DNA of 64,000 nt from an uncultured SAR86 cluster bacterium. Lineage in GTDB: Bacteria; Pseudomonadota; Gammaproteobacteria; Magnimaribacterales; D2472. This document shows, piece by piece, positions 22,295 to 31,222 of this stretch (position 1 is the first letter of the stretch; the number at the start of each line of letters is the position of its first letter). Where the stretch lies: positions 256,957 to 320,956 of the forward strand of contig CACJJI010000001.1 in NCBI GenBank assembly GCA_902593675.1, in the 5' to 3' direction. Made by a program: the position numbers and the translations under genes. The notes beneath the pieces are model-generated. The model saw nothing but the letters and a program-made list of their open reading frames with translations, did no database searches and had not been told where the DNA came from.

Positions 22295-22479
22295 TTCTTT
22301 AAAAATTTTGAAAATATTTTTCTTGCAAAGATATACATTGGGATGATTACACATGATGTAATTAATATCTCTAGCCAAGTATTAAATTGTAAAAAATTTC
22401 TTATAAAGCCTGCTAAAAATAAGCTAATCAAACCCAACAAACTATATAGAATAATTGAGTTACGACTGAAGAGATTCAT
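22291..22479 (-). CDS. Hypothetical small membrane protein (2 TM)
   Basis: 62-aa hydrophobic ORF. It overlaps the end of the MFS gene by 20 nt and the stop of the convergent GDPD gene by 4 nt. No family recognised. Confidence 0.3.
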   Translation of the reverse strand: MNLFSRNSIILYSLLGLISLFLAGFIRNFLQFNTWLEILITSCVIIPMYIFARKIFSKFLKN

Positions 22480-23716
22480 GGGTGCTTTTAACCTTTAAAA
22501 GAATTATGGCGCCCATGATAAACAGTGCTGCAATTGGTATCAAGCCATATCTTGTATCTTGAAAGAAAGTTACAAAAATTGCTACTAAGGCTGGTCCCAT
22601 AAATGCTCCAGCACGCCCAAACATATTATAAAATCCAAAATATTCACCGGATTCATTTTGAGGTATTAGAGTTGCATAATAGCTTCTAGAGATTGATTGA
22701 ATGCCACCTTGAATAGCTCCTACCATGGAAGCAAGAATGTAGAACTCAATAGCATTTGAAAGAAATGCTGAGTATGCAATGACAATTAGATAAAGGAGAA
22801 TTGTGAAGAGCAAAGTATTCTTATCACCAAACTTATAAGCACACTTGGACCATAATAAAGTCGTAGGAAATGCAACAAATTGGACTAATATCAAAGCTAT
22901 AATCACATCGCTACTAGGCAAGCCCAGATTGAGAGCAAAATCTGCAGCCATAGCCATTATGGTATGAACACCATCAATGTATAAGAAAAACGCTAATAAA
23001 AAAATGAATACATTTTTCTTAGAGGAGACCGTTTTTAATGTTGCAAAAACTTTTAAATATGCAAGCTTAATATGTGATCCAGGTAAGCTAATACCGTTAT
23101 CATGAATTTTCAGTAAAATTGGAATTATAAATAATGTCCACCATGCAGACACACTCAAAAAAGACCAACGCACTGCATCCGAAACACTTGAAAGGCCAAA
23201 AAACTCTGGTTTGATTGTCATAGCTGCATTTATCAAAAATAAAAAACCGCCCCCTAAATAACCAAAGGCAAAGCCATAACTGGATATCTTTGCCACATTT
23301 GATTCATCTGAAACTTGAACCAACATTTTGTCATACAAAGTATTTCCTGCTGCAAAACAATAATTTGCAATACCAAAAAATACTAATGCCTGCAGCCAAG
23401 ATCCTGCTGGAATAAAGAATAAAATTGCAACACAAATAATAGAAATTGCACCAAAACCAGTAAAGAGTATTTTTGTTGTTCTAGAAACATCTGTCAGAGC
23501 TCCAATAAAAGGGGAAGTAAATAAGAGCACTAGATTTGAAATAGTTAAACCCCATCCAAGATATGCGGTTTTAACTTCTGCTTGAAGGTCTGAAGCCCAA
23601 AAATCATTAAAAAAAATTGGGAAAAAAGCAGCTAATACTGTAGTAGCAAAAGCTGAATTACCACCATCGTATAGAATCCATGCTTTTGCTTCAGCGGAAA
23701 ATTTATTTTTGCTCAT
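22460..23716 (-). CDS. MFS transporter (UMF1/Atg22-like family)
   Basis: 418 aa, about 12 TM helices. The N-terminus WILYDGGNSAFATTVLAAFFP is typical of the UMF1 subfamily. Confidence 0.75.
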   Translation of the reverse strand: MSKNKFSAEAKAWILYDGGNSAFATTVLAAFFPIFFNDFWASDLQAEVKTAYLGWGLTISNLVLLFTSPFIGALTDVSRTTKILFTGFGAISIICVAILFFIPAGSWLQALVFFGIANYCFAAGNTLYDKMLVQVSDESNVAKISSYGFAFGYLGGGFLFLINAAMTIKPEFFGLSSVSDAVRWSFLSVSAWWTLFIIPILLKIHDNGISLPGSHIKLAYLKVFATLKTVSSKKNVFIFLLAFFLYIDGVHTIMAMAADFALNLGLPSSDVIIALILVQFVAFPTTLLWSKCAYKFGDKNTLLFTILLYLIVIAYSAFLSNAIEFYILASMVGAIQGGIQSISRSYYATLIPQNESGEYFGFYNMFGRAGAFMGPALVAIFVTFFQDTRYGLIPIAALFIMGAIILLKVKSTHESLQS

Positions 23717-24728
23717 ACCAATGTTGGTTTTTAACTAGAGTTTTAGAAATAAGCCCTCGATAAAGCAAACAATTTAAATGGCCTAAAGATTCACCAGTTG
23801 CCATAATAAAATTTGTGTCGTCTATCTCTCTTTTGAAGAGAACATCAAAAACATCCACTGCTCTCTTTGGGGTGCTTAAAACATCATGCAGTTTTTCCAA
23901 TGATTGTTCATGATGCTTAATAAGTGCATTTAATCTTTTATGCGCTCCAATAAATGGTCTTCCGTGAGCAGGCAAAACCAACACATCTTCAGGCAATCTA
24001 TCAATAAGCTTATGACATGAAGAGATCCAATCCTCTACAGGATTAGCGGCAGGCTCTGTAGGAAAAGTACCAACATGAGAGCTGATTGTGGGAAGTAGTT
24101 GATCGCCACTTATGAACATATTTAATTCCTTAGAAAAGAAACAAAGGTGCTCCATCGTATGACCTCGACCCTCTATGGCAATCCAATCAATGCCATTTAT
24201 TTGAATGATGTCGTCCTCTTTTAATCGATTGTATGATTGGGGTAAGGGGTGAATAATAGAGCCAAAAAAACCAAATCTCTCAGTAAAAGCCTTAATCTGC
24301 TCTTCTGTCATTCCAGCTTGAGTATAAAAATCTATGGCTTCATGCGGAACATTATCACCAGTGTCTGCAGAAAGCATACGACACTGAAGATAATCCGTTC
24401 TACTCATACTAAATGTGGTGTTATAGTGCTTCACAAACCAACCAGCCATACCAATATGATCTGGGTGCATGTGTGTCACAACAACGTCTTTTATTGAAAG
24501 TTTCTCAGAATCAATTAAATCAATCCAAGCCTTTTTAGTATCATCAAGATGCATGCCTGTATCAACTATAGTTAAGTTATCTTGCGTGCCTAGACCCCAA
24601 AGGTTTATGTGATTTAAAGACATAGGAAGAGGCATTCTGATCCACCGAACATGTTCATTAATTGCATGCAGGGTTCCAGATTTTGGAACTACTTCAAGTG
24701 GAAATATTAATCTTGTTTCTGAATTCAT
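23703..24728 (-). CDS. MBL-fold metallo-hydrolase
   Basis: THMHPDH metal-binding motif plus downstream His/Asp ligands (GHTMEH, PAHG). Confidence 0.8.
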   Translation of the reverse strand: MNSETRLIFPLEVVPKSGTLHAINEHVRWIRMPLPMSLNHINLWGLGTQDNLTIVDTGMHLDDTKKAWIDLIDSEKLSIKDVVVTHMHPDHIGMAGWFVKHYNTTFSMSRTDYLQCRMLSADTGDNVPHEAIDFYTQAGMTEEQIKAFTERFGFFGSIIHPLPQSYNRLKEDDIIQINGIDWIAIEGRGHTMEHLCFFSKELNMFISGDQLLPTISSHVGTFPTEPAANPVEDWISSCHKLIDRLPEDVLVLPAHGRPFIGAHKRLNALIKHHEQSLEKLHDVLSTPKRAVDVFDVLFKREIDDTNFIMATGESLGHLNCLLYRGLISKTLVKNQHWYEQK

Positions 24729-24860
24729 TATTGATTATGGAAATATTTGGTGGTTATACTGAACGAATGAATGATGATGCGCAAACAATAAGAAACTTAG
24801 GACTATTTGTTTTAGGCATAGGTGTGTTAGTTTTTGTACTTGGCATTGTAGCTTATTTAA

Positions 24861-25475
24861 TTATTTAACCCTTAACTTTCCAGGCTTTGAATCCCGACGT
24901 AAAGCCTTCAAAAATGAATTAGCTTCAACAGGCTTAGCCACATCATTGTCACGAATATAATCAGCACTCCAAAACTCTTTCCAAGAAGGGAATAAATCAT
25001 GAAAATATCCCGCATAATTTTCCTGACCTGGCCAACGCATTTTTTGATCACCAAGAGGAGGCTTATTTAGATCGGTTGCGTACCAATACATTGGTAATCT
25101 TTTTTTAAAAAGCCATCTTCCATCCACTCTGTTGTAGGTATCCCAATACAACATTTGCATAATCACCCATTCCGTCTCAGTTTCATGCTCGTTTTTTGAA
25201 TAGACCAACCCAATGGCAGAATCGGGGGAATCAAAATCTATAATGTGGTTTCCAATTTGATGCGAGGTGCCGGTAAATTGATCTCTAAATGTTGCATCGG
25301 CCCACTCTTTTAATGCCTGCCTTCCAACCTTATCTTTTCCAACTCTTACATCAGGGACGAATAAATTAACGTGCATATCTAAATCACGCATGTCTAAAGT
25401 TACAGAGTACTTAGCAGCAAGCTGTCTAATTTCATCCAGCGATTCCAGCCTATCCAATCTTGCTTCAATGCTCAT
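24861..25475 (-). CDS. NTF2/SnoaL-like fold protein
   Basis: N-terminus (DEIRQLAAKYSVTLDMRD) and the DGRWLFKKR strand are typical of SnoaL_4/NTF2-like proteins. Function unknown. Confidence 0.55.
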   Translation of the reverse strand: MSIEARLDRLESLDEIRQLAAKYSVTLDMRDLDMHVNLFVPDVRVGKDKVGRQALKEWADATFRDQFTGTSHQIGNHIIDFDSPDSAIGLVYSKNEHETETEWVIMQMLYWDTYNRVDGRWLFKKRLPMYWYATDLNKPPLGDQKMRWPGQENYAGYFHDLFPSWKEFWSADYIRDNDVAKPVEANSFLKALRRDSKPGKLRVK

Positions 25476-25478
25476 TAT

Positions 25479-25817
25479 TTATCCTGGAGGCCACTGCAAA
25501 GGCCTGCCACTTAAAAGATGAAGATGAAGATGGAAAACACTTTGCCCAGCTTTGGCTCCATTATTTGTAACGAGTCTAAAGGTTTCATCCAACCCAAGAT
25601 CTCGAGCCACCTCTCCTGCAACCCACATTAAATGACCGAGGAGCTCTTTGTCCTCTTGAGTTGCATCCGACAATTTAGGTATTGGTTTTTTAGGAATGAT
25701 TAATAAATGTGTTGGGGCCTGAGGGTTAATGTCTTTGAAGACAAGAGATAACTCATCTTCATAAATAATATCTGCAGGAATTTCTTTGTTAATAATTTTA
25801 GTAAAGAGCGTATCCAT
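25479..25817 (-). CDS. HIT-family nucleotide hydrolase (HinT-like)
   Basis: Histidine triad HLHLHLL and an N-terminal FTKIINKEIPA motif. 112 aa. Confidence 0.9.
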   Translation of the reverse strand: MDTLFTKIINKEIPADIIYEDELSLVFKDINPQAPTHLLIIPKKPIPKLSDATQEDKELLGHLMWVAGEVARDLGLDETFRLVTNNGAKAGQSVFHLHLHLLSGRPLQWPPG

Positions 25818-25821
25818 AAAT

Positions 25822-26010
25822 CTAAATAAGAAATCGAATCAATCTGAATCCTACATAAAATACACCGGTAGAGATTCCTAATGCTAAAACAATCAGCAGT
25901 AAGTCTCTAAGAGATTTTAAAAATTTTCCTTCGGGGGAATTTTTTAATAGTTGTTGCACTAAAAATAAAAGCGCAACAATGGATAAGAATAATATTATTA
26001 ATGTAATCAT
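25822..26010 (-). CDS. Hypothetical small membrane protein (2 TM)
   Basis: 62-aa ORF packed between the DedA and HIT genes with 2-4 nt gaps. Two hydrophobic helices. No family recognised. Confidence 0.3.
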   Translation of the reverse strand: MITLIILFLSIVALLFLVQQLLKNSPEGKFLKSLRDLLLIVLALGISTGVFYVGFRLIRFLI

Positions 26011-26012
26011 AA

Positions 26013-26519
26013 TTATTTAAATATAGAGCCTACTGATACCACAAGCAAGGCTAAAGCAATGGCCCATAATGAACAAGCGATGACATCAGCCACATAGAAC
26101 CTCTTAAGTCTTAAATCAGTAATTCCTAATAAAAAAGGAACTAAGGGTCGTATTGCCGGGATAAATCTTCCAACCAGAACTGTGTAGGGACCAAAACGCT
26201 CTAAAAATTCTTGAGTTTTATTAATTGGCTTTTGACGTTTTTGCATAAACTTTGAGTTAAGAAGGCTTGGACCAATAGATTTTCCAACTAAAAAACCGCA
26301 TACATCACCCACATGTGAACCAAGCAAAGCAATGCCACAAATCCAAGGGAGGGTTAACAATTCAATGTTGTAAAGATAGATGCATAAAGAAAAAAGAACA
26401 GCACTTGGCATAAAGCTTCCGGTAATAATCATTGATTCCATAAAGCCAAACAAAAAAACAAGCACCCAACCATATTCAGGGTTGGTTTCTAAAAAGAGTT
26501 GGATTCTTTCAAAAGACAT
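26013..26519 (-). CDS. DedA/SNARE-associated family membrane protein (short)
   Basis: GRFIPAIRPLVPFLLG motif and the overall TM layout of DedA proteins. Confidence 0.75.
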   Translation of the reverse strand: MSFERIQLFLETNPEYGWVLVFLFGFMESMIITGSFMPSAVLFSLCIYLYNIELLTLPWICGIALLGSHVGDVCGFLVGKSIGPSLLNSKFMQKRQKPINKTQEFLERFGPYTVLVGRFIPAIRPLVPFLLGITDLRLKRFYVADVIACSLWAIALALLVVSVGSIFK

Positions 26520-26521
26520 AG

Positions 26522-27265
26522 TTATTTATTTTTTTTAGCAAAAAATTTTTCTACTGCTTTCATATTGTCCTCTGAGCCAAACAGTTTTTTCATGGCTGCA
26601 GTTTCCATGGATCGAGATTTAGCAATATCTTCTTGCATGAAGGATTTTAATATAGCTTTGGTCTCAATGATTGAACTTAGTGATTGTTCTTTGAGCATAT
26701 GAGCATATTTGTTTGCCTCATCTAAAAAATCCTCGCCAACATATTTAGCCAAACCTAACTCATGATATCTATTGCCATCTATTGGCTGAGATTCAAATAG
26801 CAGTTGTGCAGCTTGTTGATATCCTAGAGATTGAAATAGCAAAAAAGAGCTGCCCACTTCAGGAGCCAATCCTAGATCAGAGAATGGATATTTGATTTTT
26901 GCATTGGGAGCAATGAAGACAGCATCAAAATGCAAAAGAATTGTTGCACCACCCCCTACAGCTGCACCCTCCACAGCTCCAATTAAGGGCTTTTTGAAGT
27001 TAATCAATGCATCGATGCATGTTTCAAAGGGCTCTTCATATTCAGCGCCTCCATCCCCCATCATGCTGCTTAAATCAACCCCGGATGAAAAAGTATTTGA
27101 GGACCCTGTTACCACTACTGAAAAAATATCTGGATCGTCACTTGCGGAATTTAATGCATCTCTAAAAAGACCCCATAATTCTGCATCAAATGCATTTTTA
27201 GTCTCTGGACGATTCAATACAAGGGTGCGAACACCCTTATTGGTTTCAACTAAAAGTTTGCTCAC
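26522..27265 (-). CDS. Enoyl-CoA hydratase/isomerase (crotonase) family protein
   Basis: Crotonase fold (VLNRPETKNAF, TFSSGVDL, AVEGAAVGGG). Confidence 0.8.
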   Translation of the reverse strand: MSKLLVETNKGVRTLVLNRPETKNAFDAELWGLFRDALNSASDDPDIFSVVVTGSSNTFSSGVDLSSMMGDGGAEYEEPFETCIDALINFKKPLIGAVEGAAVGGGATILLHFDAVFIAPNAKIKYPFSDLGLAPEVGSSFLLFQSLGYQQAAQLLFESQPIDGNRYHELGLAKYVGEDFLDEANKYAHMLKEQSLSSIIETKAILKSFMQEDIAKSRSMETAAMKKLFGSEDNMKAVEKFFAKKNK

Positions 27266-28059
27266 TTTCCTTTAAAGTTTGGTTTTCTTTTTTCAGCAAA
27301 GGCAGTTAATCCTTCCATCATGTCTTCTGTAGAAAAAATTGGTTGGCCTATTTCAAGTTCTTTTTCTAGAGCCTCAGCCTCTGTATAGCTTTCATCAATC
27401 TCACGCAGTGATTTAACAATGGCTTGAATAGATAAAGGAGCATTTTCACTTACAGTTTCAGCAATCTCCATGGCTTTTTCTAAGGCTTCTCCGTCTTCTA
27501 CAACATGTCCAATCAAGCCAAATCTTAAGGCTTCATCGGAGGAAATTCGTCTACCAGTTAATAAAGCTTCGGCTGCAAGGGTATATGGAATTTGACGTCT
27601 AAGTCTGACAGTAGAACCACCCAATGGAAATAAACCTCTAAGAGGTTCTGATAGACCAAATACTGCACTTTTACCGGCAACTCTAATATCAGTTCCTTGT
27701 AAAATCTCTGTCCCGCCAGCAAGAGCAAAACCCTCCACAGCAGCAATGATTGGTTTGGTTGGTCTGTTATGGCGAAGCAAAGATTGCCAATGCAGATCAG
27801 GAATCTCCTTAAGCTTCTCCATCATGTCAGAATCTTCATTACCATCTTTCATAGCGCTTAAATCAGCGCCAGAACAAAAGGTTCCTCCAGCTCCGGTTAA
27901 AACAGCGCAACGTAAGTTGGGATCTTCATCGAGCTTTCGCCAGGCTTCATAAATAGTTACAAGCATGCCTGGACTCAAAGCATTTCGTTTTTCAGGGCGA
28001 TTAAGTGTAATCACCATAATATGGCCTTGTTCTTCTACTATCGCATGATCTGTATTCAT
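27262..28059 (-). CDS. Enoyl-CoA hydratase (crotonase family)
   Basis: TLNRPEKRNAL, TFCSGADL, AAVEGFALAGGTE. A canonical Glu-containing oxyanion-hole region is present. Confidence 0.85.
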   Translation of the reverse strand: MNTDHAIVEEQGHIMVITLNRPEKRNALSPGMLVTIYEAWRKLDEDPNLRCAVLTGAGGTFCSGADLSAMKDGNEDSDMMEKLKEIPDLHWQSLLRHNRPTKPIIAAVEGFALAGGTEILQGTDIRVAGKSAVFGLSEPLRGLFPLGGSTVRLRRQIPYTLAAEALLTGRRISSDEALRFGLIGHVVEDGEALEKAMEIAETVSENAPLSIQAIVKSLREIDESYTEAEALEKELEIGQPIFSTEDMMEGLTAFAEKRKPNFKGK

Positions 28060-28072
28060 AAAACTCTCCTAA

Positions 28073-29221
28073 CTAATCAAGTGATGATGAGACTATCCAC
28101 ATCGCAAAAAATTGTGCAGCACCACCGTATGCATGACCCATTGCAACTTTAGCATCTTCAACTTGATGATCCTCTGCCAATCCCATGACTTGAAGTGCAG
28201 CCTCACCAAATCTAATCATCCCAGATGCGCCAATTGGATTGGAAGATAAAACTCCACCAGACATATTAAATGGAAGCTCGCCATCAATTGCGGTTGCATC
28301 TTTATCTGTTAGCTTCCAACCTTCCCCTAAATCACAAAATCCAAGATTCTCTAACCACATTGGCTCATACCAGGAAAACGGGACATAGATCTCAGCACAA
28401 TCTATTTCATTAAATGGATTTTGAATACCTGCTTGATTGTAAATATCTTTTGCACAATCAATTCCAGCTTGAGGATTTACTTCATCTCTACCAGCTGACA
28501 AAGTACCTTCTGATCTAACGGCCATACCTTTTATCCAAGCAACATTTCTTGAACCAACTTGGTCTTGCGCGGTAATGACCATCGCACATGCACCATCAGA
28601 GGATGGGCAACTTTCAAGATAGCGTAAAGGCTCCCAGAGCATGGGGGTATCACTGACCATTTTTTCATCAATGCCAGGAATATGAAGGTGAGCTAAGGGA
28701 TTTTTTAGTGCATTCTGGCGATCTTTGGCTGCTACTTTCCAACCAATATGCTCTGGCGCTTCATATCTACGAATATATTCCCTAATGAAAGGAGCAAAGT
28801 AGCCGCCAGCTCCTGCATTAATATGGGGAGAATATGGATATCTTGGTGATAGAGCCCATGTAGCATTTGATTCAGATTGTTTCTCGAAAGTTACCGTTAA
28901 AACCGTCTTAAACTGACCAGAGCAAATATGCGAAGCAGCAATCACCGCGGTGCTTCCTCCAACACTGCCAGCAGTATGAACTCGCAATACAGGTTTACCC
29001 ACAGCTCCAATTGCATCAGCTAAATATAATTCCGGCATAATGACGCCTTCAAACATGTCTGGCGCCTTGCCTAAGATCACCGCATCAATAGCATCCCATT
29101 CGAGATTGGCTGCTAGCATGGCATTATCAATGGCTTCTCTTACCAATCCGGCCATGGAAACATCACGTCTCTTAGCATCGTATTTTGTCTGCCCAACCCC
29201 TATTACACCTGCTTGAATCAT
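28073..29221 (-). CDS. Thiolase-fold protein, SCP-x/Ltp-like, apparently lacking the nucleophilic Cys
   Basis: SCP-x-type layout (GVGQTKY.., FEKQS, NMSGGVLSSNPIGASG, GHAYGGAA). The start is placed at the ATG at 29221, forming an ATGA overlap with the upstream gene. By hand alignment the nucleophile position falls in HTAGSVGG (Gly/Ser), and the GHP His is Asn. Confidence 0.75.
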   Translation of the reverse strand: MIQAGVIGVGQTKYDAKRRDVSMAGLVREAIDNAMLAANLEWDAIDAVILGKAPDMFEGVIMPELYLADAIGAVGKPVLRVHTAGSVGGSTAVIAASHICSGQFKTVLTVTFEKQSESNATWALSPRYPYSPHINAGAGGYFAPFIREYIRRYEAPEHIGWKVAAKDRQNALKNPLAHLHIPGIDEKMVSDTPMLWEPLRYLESCPSSDGACAMVITAQDQVGSRNVAWIKGMAVRSEGTLSAGRDEVNPQAGIDCAKDIYNQAGIQNPFNEIDCAEIYVPFSWYEPMWLENLGFCDLGEGWKLTDKDATAIDGELPFNMSGGVLSSNPIGASGMIRFGEAALQVMGLAEDHQVEDAKVAMGHAYGGAAQFFAMWIVSSSLD

Positions 29222-30273
29222 TTTTGGGCCTCCAAATGAACTAACATGTTGTGTTGAAGACAAGGGCCAGAAGTTGCATGGGCCAAACCATGCGTAAATT
29301 GATTTTCTTTCAGTGCCTCATAGGTCTTGCCGATTGCATCAAGCCCTGCACACATCATTACGTTCCCGACTAATGGGCCGCCTGAAAGGTTGACTGGAAC
29401 ATCTTGAAGATTTAATAAAGATTTTAAAAAAGGTAGTTCATGACTAAATTGGGTATGTAATTCAGCAACTTCAAACTTTATATTTTTTAAATTTAATTGG
29501 TTCATTGAAGCTTGCAAAGTGTTAGAAGCAGCAAGATTCCTAGAGCCTAGATTTGATGATTCAATTCTGTGATCAATGCCCTCTATCCAAATAGGATGAT
29601 CTGTAAATTCATAAGCTTTTTCTTCTGATGCAATAATCATCGCAGAAGAACCATCAGAAATTGGTGGGCAATCTAACTGATTTAATGGGGAAGATACCAT
29701 TGCATTATTTAGATAATCTGACTCATTAATTAAGTCAGTGATTAAGGCGTTCTTGTTATTTTTTGAATTAGCTCTTGCCTCAATGACTGTCGCAAGCATT
29801 TGCTCTGGTGTAATGATATTTTGATCAAGTAGAACTCTAGCTTGCAGAGCCGCTAAACTCACTCGATCAGGCCATAAAGGAGAAATATAGTATGGATCCA
29901 TTTGCAGTGAAATAATTGCATCTAAATCTCCAGGCGATGATTTACCAAATCCATAAATTAAAGCTGTCTCAGCATCACCCATTTGAATTTTTAACATTGA
30001 TTCATACATGGCCCATGCTGCATCCATTTCTACGTGAGATTCTTTAATTGGTGGATTGGTTTGAATGGCAGACAAACCCTCAACAAAAGCAAAAGCCGCT
30101 CCTTGTAGATAATCACAACTGCCAGAGCAGGTAAAATCAATATCCTTTTGGCTGATTCCCAAATCATTAAATAGCTGGTGCACTACTGGCATAATCAGCT
30201 CAACTTCATTCAAAGCTCCTGCATTTTTTAATATTGGATGTTGAGCATACCCAACGATAGCAACTCTTTTCAT
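29218..30273 (-). CDS. Thiolase-fold protein, SCP-x/Ltp-like, apparently lacking the nucleophilic Cys
   Basis: VAIVGYAQHP N-terminus, a GFGKSS block (equivalent to GxEKM), and NLSGGPLVGN. By hand alignment the nucleophile position falls in VEMDAAW (Ala). Confidence 0.7.
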   Translation of the reverse strand: MKRVAIVGYAQHPILKNAGALNEVELIMPVVHQLFNDLGISQKDIDFTCSGSCDYLQGAAFAFVEGLSAIQTNPPIKESHVEMDAAWAMYESMLKIQMGDAETALIYGFGKSSPGDLDAIISLQMDPYYISPLWPDRVSLAALQARVLLDQNIITPEQMLATVIEARANSKNNKNALITDLINESDYLNNAMVSSPLNQLDCPPISDGSSAMIIASEEKAYEFTDHPIWIEGIDHRIESSNLGSRNLAASNTLQASMNQLNLKNIKFEVAELHTQFSHELPFLKSLLNLQDVPVNLSGGPLVGNVMMCAGLDAIGKTYEALKENQFTHGLAHATSGPCLQHNMLVHLEAQK

Positions 30274-30770
30274 GATTCTTGGAACCTCAAGGTTGCAACA
30301 TCTACATCTGGTTCATCGATAGGAGCAAACCATTTAATATTCTCTAAAGAATGAGTCCACTCTTCTTTAGGCTTCCAAACGGCTTGAATACGCATCCCTA
30401 TTCTAATTTCTTCAATTTCAACTTCTTGAATAAGGTGTAAAAATGAAATATTTGCTCCATCTAATCTAATCATGGCGCATACATATGGAGGTACAATAGG
30501 ATTTCCTGGAATGGGAATGTGCACCACAGTAAATGACTCTATGCAGCCTTTATCAGTCAGCGGGACCTCAATATCAGTTGCAACTCCGCATCGGGGACAG
30601 CTACCTCTTGGTGGCACATACACAGCCTTGCATTTAGGGCAAGCTTGACCAACGATGTTACCCTCTTTAACTTGATTTAAAAATCTTGTTGTTGCCGAAC
30701 CAGCCGTATAGAAATATTCTAAATTAATCGGTGATTCTGAGTAGTCTTTTGGTGTATCTTCTGAGCTCAT
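30270..30770 (-). CDS. DUF35 OB-fold protein with N-terminal rubredoxin-like zinc ribbon
   Basis: CPKC-x13-CPRC zinc ribbon followed by an OB-fold (GCIESFTVVH..MIRLDG..IGMRIQAVW). Confidence 0.8.
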   Translation of the reverse strand: MSSEDTPKDYSESPINLEYFYTAGSATTRFLNQVKEGNIVGQACPKCKAVYVPPRGSCPRCGVATDIEVPLTDKGCIESFTVVHIPIPGNPIVPPYVCAMIRLDGANISFLHLIQEVEIEEIRIGMRIQAVWKPKEEWTHSLENIKWFAPIDEPDVDVATLRFQES

Positions 30771-31222
30771 TTTTCTATAGTAAAAAATTTAATATCTGTA
30801 ATTCTTTGCTCTTGGATTTCGGACCAATTAGCTTTAACTCTTGAGCCAATACTCAAATCAGCCTCTTTGCATTGCCCAACCATGTGCAACATAGAGGTAT
30901 CAGCTCCATCAAGCTTGATTAAAGCAAAGGCAAAAGGCTCTTTAATTAAATGGTGATGTTGAGGGTTCTCAATCCAGGAAAAGGATTCAACCACTCCACC
31001 AGGACCAACCTCAACCATTTCTTTTAAGGGCTCATTAGTTTCGGGATCAAATTCAGCGGCAGGAGAAAAAACCTTACCAGCGGTACTTTTTGTTCCTAAA
31101 ATTTTTTGCTGACCTAGAGCTTCAAAAAATTTAGACATAACAGGTCCGCTTGAGCGCTTGTAGTTGTATGCAAGCTCAAAGGGGGCTCTTAGCAAATCTT
31201 TTGAATCACTCATCTTCTTCAA
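30767..31222 (-). CDS. DUF35-like OB-fold protein with degenerate (Cys-less) zinc ribbon
   Basis: Same length class and OB-fold pattern as its neighbour (GVVESFSWI..LIKLDG..IGSRVKANW). The region equivalent to the CxxC..CxxC ribbon contains no Cys. Confidence 0.55.
   Translation of the reverse strand: MKKMSDSKDLLRAPFELAYNYKRSSGPVMSKFFEALGQQKILGTKSTAGKVFSPAAEFDPETNEPLKEMVEVGPGGVVESFSWIENPQHHHLIKEPFAFALIKLDGADTSMLHMVGQCKEADLSIGSRVKANWSEIQEQRITDIKFFTIEK

Noticed and set aside
28073-29263. A longer 396-aa version of the second thiolase-fold gene, starting at 29263.
   Set aside because: The extra 14 codons lie inside the upstream gene. The ATG at 29221 forms the same ATGA stop/start overlap used throughout this array, and it gives the usual N-terminus just before the GVGQTKY block.
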